Source: Yuukianura sp. NJ FZ-2021
Taxonomy: Eukaryota
NCBI GenBank assembly: GCA_046563655.1
Contig: JAJCTO010000009.1
Coordinates: 558,001 to 622,000 of the forward strand
Direction: 5' to 3'
Length of the DNA stretch: 64,000 nt
Part shown: piece by piece, positions 55,929-64,000 of the stretch
Position numbering within the stretch: position 1 is the stretch's first letter
How the letters are laid out: each line of letters begins with the position of its first letter
The notes under the pieces: generated by a model
Seen by the model: only the letters and a program-made list of their open reading frames with translations
Databases searched by the model: none
Told to the model about the DNA's origin: nothing
Position numbers and translations under genes: made by a program

Positions 55929-56309
55929 TGTAACGCCCTACGACGCTAAACAACTGAAAAACACAACTGGAGCAATCACTGCCGCTCCGCACCAGACTAT
56001 CTCTCTGAGCCCACAGGCTCTCAGACCCAAATGACCCCAAACAATCACCACTGCTCACAACAACATCGACGGATAAATATATTTATATATTTATTCGTCG
56101 CAAATAAAATATACAACAAAAACCTCCGTCTCACGCAGAGACCAAAACCAGACTAACTACTAAAAGGCGACTGCAACTCCCGAACCTCTGCATCTCCGTG
56201 GCCATCATCCTCATCCATGGGCATCAGCGGAGTCTTCATCATGGTAATCGTCAACCGCAGCATCCGATTCCTCCCGAGCGCTCCATCCAAAGCGTCAGGC
56301 ACTTCAACA
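55929..56309 (-). repeat. Putative 3' LTR (~381 bp, TGTTG...TTACA on minus)
   Basis: Directly preceded by the purine tract GAGAAGAAGAA. Shares AGTCTGGTTTTGG and an AT-rich TAAATATA block with the 383-bp LTR at 62374, and ends similarly (CGTTACA vs CGCTACA). Confidence 0.65.
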
Positions 56310-57052
56310 TTCTTCTTCTCACTCACTACATCACTTTCAGTTTTTAAATTCATGTTCGGCAAAATTCTTGCTAAAAAACTGAGTCCACTGCATTTCCACA
56401 AGCGTTCAGCACCTCCTTCCTTCACTTTACGGGACAGTGAGACCCTCGGCTGAACTTGTAGACAATGAGCACAACTCAAACACAAATAAGCGGAGGCCAA
56501 TAAATTGACTCCCATTAAGTGCCACAGATTCTGAGTTCCACCTTCCTTCACTTTACGGGACAGTGAGACCCACGACTCAGAACTTGTGCACAGAAAACCA
56601 CCGCACTTCAACCAAACTATATCCAATAATTTCACATCATCACATTTGCACGAACTTTTCACTTTTTCAATTTTTAAATTTTGAGGGAATGAGACCCTGA
56701 ACGTCACAATGCATGTAGCACAAGAAACGCTGCGAGCCAGCAATGCCAGGACAACGATCTTCATTGCAATTTTAAACTCATTTTCAATTTCTTCTTTCTG
56801 ATCACTTAGTACCGCAGCACTGTAACTTTCAATTTTGACAACTTGAGTAACGCCGCACTTCAGCACTGCCGGGCTAACGTTCTCCATCATTTTAACTCTC
56901 ACAATTAACACTTTTTGTAGATACTCACTGTTTGAATCTTGAGTAACGCCGCACTTCAGCATCGCCGGGCGTACGTTCCCCTTCATTTTAACACTCAGAA
57001 CTAACACTGTTTGTAAAAGCCCACATTTTGGAGCTTGAGCAACGGTGGTCAT
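56153..57052 (-). CDS. Hypothetical 299-aa ORF with internal repeats (PAxLKCGVT x2, VSLSRKVKEGG x2)
   Basis: Open frame. Repeat spacings of 96 and 126 bp are multiples of 3, and the same peptides occur in ORF 63664-63975. No recognisable domain, and the ORF runs through the PPT into the LTR. Confidence 0.3.
   Translation of the reverse strand: MTTVAQAPKCGLLQTVLVLSVKMKGNVRPAMLKCGVTQDSNSEYLQKVLIVRVKMMENVSPAVLKCGVTQVVKIESYSAAVLSDQKEEIENEFKIAMKIVVLALLARSVSCATCIVTFRVSFPQNLKIEKVKSSCKCDDVKLLDIVWLKCGGFLCTSSESWVSLSRKVKEGGTQNLWHLMGVNLLASAYLCLSCAHCLQVQPRVSLSRKVKEGGAERLWKCSGLSFLARILPNMNLKTESDVVSEKKNVEVPDALDGALGRNRMLRLTITMMKTPLMPMDEDDGHGDAEVRELQSPFSS
56310..56320 (-). other. Putative polypurine tract
   Basis: GAGAAGAAGAA immediately 5' of the TG that starts the putative LTR. 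Confidence 0.6.
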
Positions 57053-57706
57053 ACTCTTCTTTTGTTAACACTTCTCACTACACACTTCACTTCTCTTCTC
57101 ACTTCCTGGATCCACACTATATACAAATGATGCCAGTTGCTAAAACGCAACTCATTAGGCACTAACACTAACACTATAACTAACTTCAACTGTACAAAAA
57201 TTTTTACAAAAATGAGTGACACACAGCACTCAATGACTACTTCAACCAAAACTTTTGACACAAAACTGGAAACACTCTTCACTTTTCCAAAACTGTTCAA
57301 AAACTCTTTAGTTTAAATTCTCTTGAACATTTTCATCTGCAGCACAATCACTTTCCTCTCCATATTCGCCATACCCCTCTGAAACACTTTCACAATAACT
57401 TCCATACAAACCTCCACTTTCAAAAATTTCCGTCGAGCGGAAGCCAACGCTGTTGGTTGCCATGGCCCAATCACCCGCAGGAGACGGCACTGTTTCACAA
57501 AACACGCACACTGAGGCGAACTACACAATGAATGAAATGCTCCTCCGCAGCAGGAACTAGATGTCTCTTCTGTACCAAAATGGTACTGATTAATCACTTC
57601 TTTATCTCGGAACATGAATCGCATGAATAAACACTTTTTTATGTACAGATTTTTACAAATTTCACTTACTTTATCTTCCTTGACCTTTGGTGACCTCTGA
57701 ATCACA

Positions 57707-60700
57707 AGATTTAACTAAAAAACGTGGCAAGACAAAATCCTGTTGTAGAACAGTCAAACAGTAAAGATTTAACTAAAAAAACGTGGCAAGACAAAATCCT
57801 GTTGTAGAACAGGCAAACAGTAAAGATTTAATTAAAAAAACGTGGTAAGACAAAATGCTGTTGTAGAACAGGCAAACAGTAAAGATTTAACTAAAAAAAC
57901 GTGGCAAGACAAAATCCTGTTGTAGAAAAGGCAAACAGTAAAGATTTAACTAAAAAAACGTGGTAAGACAAAATCCTGTTGTAGAACAAGCAAACAGTAA
58001 AGATTTAACTAAAAAAACGTGGCAAGACAAAATCGTGTTCTAGAACAGGCAAACAGTGGAACTCAACATTGCCTCTAAGGCCTCACAATTTAGGATTTAA
58101 GCCGTAAAACTCGTCAAAAAACCACTCTATTATTTTCGGACATGTAAAGTGGTTTTTACCTTAAAATCCCCGATCTGAAATTACATAGCCTAAAAGTAAA
58201 GATTTAACTAAAAAAACGTGGCAAGACAAAATCCTGTTGTAGAACAGGCAAACAGTGGAACTCAACATTGCCTCTAAGGGCTCAGAATTTAGGATTTAAG
58301 CCGTAAAACTCGTTAAAAAACCACTCTCTTATTTTCGGACATGTAAAGTGGTTTTTACCTTAAAATCCCCGATCTGAAATTACATAGCCTAAAAGTAAAG
58401 ATTTAACTAAAAAACGTGGCAAGACAAAATCCTGTTGTAGAACAGTCAAACAGTAAAGATTTAACTAAAAAAACGTGGCAAGACAAAATCCTGTTGTAGA
58501 ACAGGCAAACAGTAAAGATTTAACTAAAAAAACGTGGTAAGACAAAATGCTGTTGTAGAACAGGCAAACAGTAAAGATTTAACTAAAAAAACGTGGCAAG
58601 ACAAAATCGTGTTCTAGAACAGGCAAACAGTGGAACTCAAACATTGCCTCTAAGGCCTCACAATTTAGGATTTAAGCCGTAAAACTCGTCAAAAAACCAC
58701 TCTATTATTTTCGGACATGTAAAGTGGTTTTTACCTTAAAATCCCCGATCTGAAATTACATAGCCTAAAAGTAAAGATTTAACTAAAAAAACGTGGCAAG
58801 ACAAAATCCTGTTGTAGAACAGGCAAACAGTGGAACTCAACATTGCCTCTAAGGGCTCAGAATTTAGGATTTAAGCCGTAAAACTCGTTAAAAAACCACT
58901 CTCTTATTTTCGGACATGTAAAGTGGTTTTTACCTTAAAATCCCCGATCTGAAATTACATAGCCTAAAAGTAAAGATTTAACTAAAAAACGTGGCAAGAC
59001 AAAATCCTGTTGTAGAACAGTCAAACAGTAAAGATTTAACTAAAAAAACGTGGCAAGACAAAATCCTGTTGTAGAACAGGCAAACAGTAAAGATTTAACT
59101 AAAAAAACGTGGCAAGACAAAATCCTGTTGTAGAACAGGCAAACAGTAAAGATTTAACTAAAAAAACGTGGTAAGACAAAATCCTGTTGTAGAACAGGCA
59201 AACAGTAAAGATTTAACTAAAAAAACGTGGCAAGACAAAATCGTGTTCTAGAACAGGCAAACAGTGGAACTCAACATTGCCTCTAAGGCCTCACAATTTA
59301 GGATTTAAGCCGTAAAACTCGTCAAAAAACCACTCTATTATTTTCGGACATGTAAAGTGGTTTTTACCTTAAAATCCCCGATCTGAAATTACATAGCCTA
59401 AAAGTAAAGATTTAACTAAAAAACGTGGCAAGACAAAATCCTGTTGTAGAACAGTCAAACAGTAAAGATTTAACTAAAAAAACGTGGCAAGACAAAATCC
59501 TGTTGTAGAACAGGCAAACAGTAAAGATTTACTAAAAAAACGTGGTAAGACAAAATGCTGTTGTAGAACAGGCAAACAGTAAAGATTTAACTAAAAAAAC
59601 GTGGCAAGACAAAATCGTGTTCTAGAACAGGCAAACAGTGGAACTCAAACATTGCCTCTAAGGCCTCACAATTTAGGATTTAAGCCGTAAAACTCGTCAA
59701 AAAACCACTCTATTATTTTCGGACATGTAAAGTGGTTTTTACCTTAAAATCCCCGATCTGAAATTACATAGCCTAAAAGTAAAGATTTAACTAAAAAAAC
59801 GTGGCAAGACAAAATCCTGTTGTAGAACAGGCAAACAGTGGAACTCAACATTGCCTCTAAGGGCTCAGAATTTAGGATTTAAGCCGTAAAACTCGTTAAA
59901 AAACCACTCTCTTATTTTCGGACATGTAAAGTGGTTTTTACCTTAAAATCCCCGATCTGAAATTACATAGCCTAAAAGTAAAGATTTAACTAAAAAACGT
60001 GGCAAGACAAAATCCTGTTGTAGAACAGTCAAACAGTAAAGATTTAACTAAAAAAACGTGGCAAGACAAAATCCTGTTGTAGAACAGGCAAACAGTAAAG
60101 ATTTAACTAAAAAAACGTGGCAAGACAAAATCCTGTTGTAGAACAGGCAAACAGTAAAGATTTAACTAAAAAAACGTGGTAAGACAAAATCCTGTTGTAG
60201 AACAAGCAAACAGTAAAGATTTAACTAAAAAAACGTGGCAAGACAAAATCGTGTTCTAGAACAGGCAAACAGTGGAACTCAACATTGCCTCTAAGGCCTC
60301 ACAATTTAGGATTTAAGCCGTAAAACTCGTCAAAAAACCACTCTATTATTTTCGGACATGTAAAGTGGTTTTTACCTTAAAATCCCCGATCTGAAATTAC
60401 ATAGCCTAAAAGTAAAGATTTAACTAAAAAACGTGGCAAGACAAAATCCTGTTGTAGAACAGTCAAACAGTAAAGATTTAACTAAAAAAAACGTGGCAGG
60501 ACAAAATCCTGTTGTAGAACAGGCAAACAGTAAAGATTTACTAAAAAAACGTGGTAAGACAAAATGCTGTTGTAGAACAGGCAAACAGTAAAGATTTAAC
60601 TAAAAAACGTGGCAAGACAAAATCGTGTTCTAGAACAGGCAAACAGTGGAACTCAACATTGCCTCTAAGGCCTCACAATTTAGGATTTAAGCCGTAAAAC

Positions 60701-61361
60701 TCGTCAAAAAACCACTCTATTATTTTCGGACATGTAAAGTGGTTTTTACCTTAAAATCCCCGATCTGAAATTACATAGCCTAAAAGTAAAGATTTAACTA
60801 AAAAAACGTGGCAAGACAAAATCCTGTTGTAGAACAGGCAAACAGTGGAACTCAACATTGCCTCTAAGGGCTCAGAATTTAGGATTTAAGCCGTAAAACT
60901 CGTTAAAAAACCACTCTCTTATTTTCGGACATGTAAAGTGGTTTTTACCTTAAAATCCCCGATCTGATATTACATAGCCTAAAAGTAAAGATTTAACTAA
61001 AAAAACGTGGCAAGACAAAATCCTGTTGTAGAACAGGCAAACAGTGGAACTCAACATTGCTTCTAAGGGCTCAAAATTTAGGATTTAAGCCTTCAAACTT
61101 ACCAAAAAACCAGTCTCTTATTTTCTGACATGTAAAGTGGTTTTTACCTTTAAATCCCCGATCTGAAATTACATAGCCTAAAAGTAAAGATTTAACTAAA
61201 AAAACGTGGCAAGACAAAATCCTGTTGTAGAACAGGCAAACAGTGGAACTCAACATTGCCTGTAAGGCCTCAAAATTTAGGATTTAAGCCGTAAAACTCG
61301 TCAAAAAACCACTCTCTTATTTCCGGACATGTAAAGTGGTTTTTACCTTCAAATCCCGGAT
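57707..61361. repeat. Satellite DNA array, right terminal block with higher-order structure
   Basis: The variant CGTTAAAA recurs at 58886, 59894 and 60901 (1008 and 1007 bp apart). The array ends at ...AAATCCCGGAT. Confidence 0.97.
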
Positions 61362-62373
61362 AAACTAATGTGGGAACTATACAACGAAGTTTTAAACATA
61401 CTGAAAAGTAGAATTTATGCCTTGCTATCGCTTATAACCATCTTCATGGAACGCATCTAATACCGGTCCACTTTGTCGTAGTGCACCAACGACTATTACA
61501 CACGGTGAACCACTTGTTGTCAGCCTTCATCTTTGAGCACAAAGGAGAAGTGCCGGTGAAATGACAAGCTCGCCCTCACTACAAATACCAACCAGTACTC
61601 ATTTTGACACCATGAACTATTACATTTTCTAAATCAAAATCGAACATTCCGCAGTGTTTGTTATTTTGATTAAAATTGTTAGGAAAGACTCTTTTATGTC
61701 ATACTACCACCTTGCACTTTCAATAAAGCACACCTGAGTAACTGATGTTCAACAATAATCTGGAATTATATTTTAGCCCAACTCTACTATGCAACAAATG
61801 CATAAATCTAACTGTCATTTTGGTATAAACTAATGTAGGAACTATACAACGAAGTTTTAAACATACTGAAAAATGGAATTTATGCCTTGTTATCGCTTAT
61901 AACCATCTTCATGGAACGCATCTAATACCGGTCCACTTTGTCGTAGTGCATCAACGACTATTACACACGGTGAACCACTTGTTGTCAGCCTTCATCTTTG
62001 AGCTCAAAGGAGAAGTGCCGGTGAAATGACAAGCGCGACCTCACTACAAATACCAACCAGTACTCATTTTGACATCATGATACACAATGACTCAGACGGC
62101 AACTGAACTTCAGGGGAAATCCCATTATTACATTTTCTAAATCAAAATCGAACATTCAGCATTATTTGTTATTTTGATTAAAATTTTTAGAAAATACTTT
62201 TTTATGTCATACTACCACCTTGCACTTCCAATAAAGCACATCTGAAAAACTGGTGTTCAACACTAATCTGGAATTATATTTTAGCCCAACTCCACTATGC
62301 AACAAGTGCATAAATCTGACTGTCATTTTGGTATAAACTAATGTGGGAACTATACAACGAAGTTTTAAACATA
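61360..62373. repeat. Second, unrelated tandem repeat (465/508-bp unit), two full copies plus the start of a third
   Basis: ATAAACTAATGT(G/A)GGAACTATACAACGAAG starts at 61360, 61825 and 62333. Copy 2 has ~43 extra bp near 62081-62123. Confidence 0.95.
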
Positions 62374-62756
62374 TGAGACGCCTGCTCGTCCATAGCGTTA
62401 GTAGAGTGTTAGGATAGGGGCAAGGTGAGATGACGATGTGGCTCGCGGTAGATTTGAGTTGAGGCGAGGAGCGAGCGAGCAGAGGAGTTTTGTATAGAGT
62501 TAGTCAGTCTGGTTTTGGGATTGTGGGAGAGAGGAGATCAGAGTTAGATATTATTTAGTGATGATTGATTATTGTGTATATTGATTATTTTTCATCAGTT
62601 ATTAAATATATTTTATATATTTAACCACTGATGTGGTTTTGGTGTTTCGGTGAGTTTTGGTCTTTGGGCAGTTGTGGGATCTGCTGATCAGTGATGAGAG
62701 TCTGAGGGCGTGGCTGCGGCCATATTTCTGGAGGAGTAGCGGTGCGAGACGCTACA
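62374..62756 (+). repeat. 5' LTR (~383 bp, TGAGACG...CGCTACA)
   Basis: TG...CA ends, an adjacent PBS, and similarity to 55929-56309. The right end could instead be 62758. Confidence 0.72.
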
Positions 62757-62759
62757 CAG

Positions 62760-62769
62760 TGGCGACCGT
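62760..62769 (+). other. Primer binding site TGGCGACCGT (tRNA-Arg-type)
   Basis: Starts with TGG (complement of tRNA CCA) 3 nt after the LTR. Resembles the tRNA-Arg PBS of the 412/mdg1 group; this is recalled from memory and not verified. Confidence 0.72.
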
Positions 62770-64000
62770 TCGTGACACAACTACCAAAGGTCAGTGAGCT
62801 CATTAAAGGTCAAATGCGTTTGACCCGAAATTTTGGTAAAAATAGTGAAAAATCATGATCAGCTGCGGTTGTTCATCAAAAGTGGAAGTGCATGGAGTCA
62901 TTGCGATGGCTTTCATAGTGTCTAGGAGTCACGATTAGTGGCTCCAATCATGTCAAAGGTCACCGATGACCAAAAAGAAGATAATTAGTGAAGTGTACAG
63001 TGCATATGGATAAACCAAGTTAGAAGAAGCATGGTAATGTATTAATGTAGTGATATAGAAAAAAAAATTGTTGCTGCGGCAATGCATGTGGTAGTGGAAA
63101 GCATGCAGAAGGTAGTTCAAAAGTTAGCAGAGGGAGTCGCTGCGGTGGCTCCAATCAGTGGTGGAAGTGATCAGACAGGAGCTCATTTCGGCCCTGGGAA
63201 TGGTGAAATTCACTTCAGCACCATGCCAGTTGATAGTTCCAAAGTCTGCTACTATGAAGTAGGCGGCAGTAGTGTAGATATGTGATGTGAATAAGTTAGT
63301 GCAGTGATTGTGCGGTTGAAGTGATCCAAAAATGTCAAAGTTGTGACAAAGTGAATTCAAAATTTTAAAAAGTGAAAAGATGAAGAGTGATGAAAGTGAT
63401 AATTTAAAAAATCATAGAAATTGCTCAAATGGCAAAGGACTCAACCCAGTTGGCTCCAATTTAAGAATAATTTATGGAAGATGTGGTTTTTGCGGAAATT
63501 ATGGTGGAAGTGTGTGCCATTATGGAAGGAAGTGTTGTGCATCACTCGTTAAAAAACTTGTAAATAGTTAAAATTATTATTAGTGTGAGTGCCCAGGGAG
63601 TTGCGTTTTAGCAGCTCCAATCAAGTGTAAATAGTGTGTTCCGGGAAGATAATGCAGTGAGAAGTGGATTGTGAAGTGAGAAGTCTAGTGATGACTGTTG
63701 ATAGTGAGAATTTGTATGACCACGAAGGTGGCATACTGCAGAATGATGGACTCAAAGGAGGTCACATTAAAGAGAGCATTTGCCCGGCCACGTTGCTGAA
63801 GTGCGGTGTTACTCTAGCTCCAAACAGTGAGCTTTTACAAAAAATGCTACGGAGGGTCTCAATCCCTCAAAATCAAGAAGAGAGCGTTTGCCCGGCCACG
63901 TTGCTGAAGTGCGGCGTTACTCTAGCTCCTCATTGTGAGCTTAATAGTGCTGCGGTGCTAAAAAGTAAAATTTAAAAGTGAGTGCATGTGTAGTGAAGTG

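Larger units (their letters stand above)
55929..57706 (-). mobile_element. LTR-retrotransposon derivative (internal region + PPT + 3' LTR, no 5' LTR), 1,778 bp
   Basis: TGT...ACA termini. 4-bp TSD AGAT (55925-55928 and 57707-57710) restores the satellite exactly. Patchy homology to both the LTR and the internal region of the element starting at 62374. No gag/pol motifs recognised. Confidence 0.82.
62374..64000 (+). mobile_element. 5' part of an LTR retrotransposon (probably Gypsy-like), truncated by the window end
   Basis: Begins with TG exactly where the tandem repeat breaks. The LTR end ...GCTACA is followed by a TGG-initiated PBS. The internal region is homologous to 56820-57700 on the minus strand. 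Confidence 0.8.

Noticed and set aside
3786..61256. Repeated 61-aa ORF (MLSSTVCLFYNR...) on the minus strand
   Set aside because: It is the translated satellite monomer. It is reported only where a single A>T change removes a TAA and n = 1, and most monomers are closed.
1..61361. CRISPR-like array (palindromic repeats)
   Set aside because: No unique spacers, no cas genes, and the context is eukaryotic (spliceosomal introns).
62621..63571. Short ORFs as gag/pol
   Set aside because: No CCHC knuckle, protease, RT or integrase motifs, and the frames are short and discontinuous.

Overview
This is eukaryotic (probably arthropod) heterochromatic DNA, not prokaryotic. About 54 kb is one very homogeneous satellite whose monomer is a 140-bp core plus n copies of a 59-bp palindrome-containing subrepeat (199, 258, 317 bp and larger). 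Three elements interrupt it. (1) A 750-bp DINE-1/HINE-like non-autonomous rolling-circle element. (2) About 113 bp further on, a 5,223-bp P-superfamily DNA transposon with 84-bp TIRs and an 8-bp TSD. It carries a disabled 5-exon THAP-DDE transposase and, unexpectedly, an apparently intact spliced second gene for a 160-aa charged helical protein. (3) A 1,778-bp LTR-retroelement derivative with a 4-bp TSD but no 5' LTR. The satellite becomes more diverged to the right, forms a ~1,008-bp higher-order repeat, and ends at ~61,361. A different 465/508-bp tandem repeat follows, itself interrupted by a related LTR element (LTR plus PBS) that runs off the window. All coordinates and splice models were derived by eye and no database searches were run.
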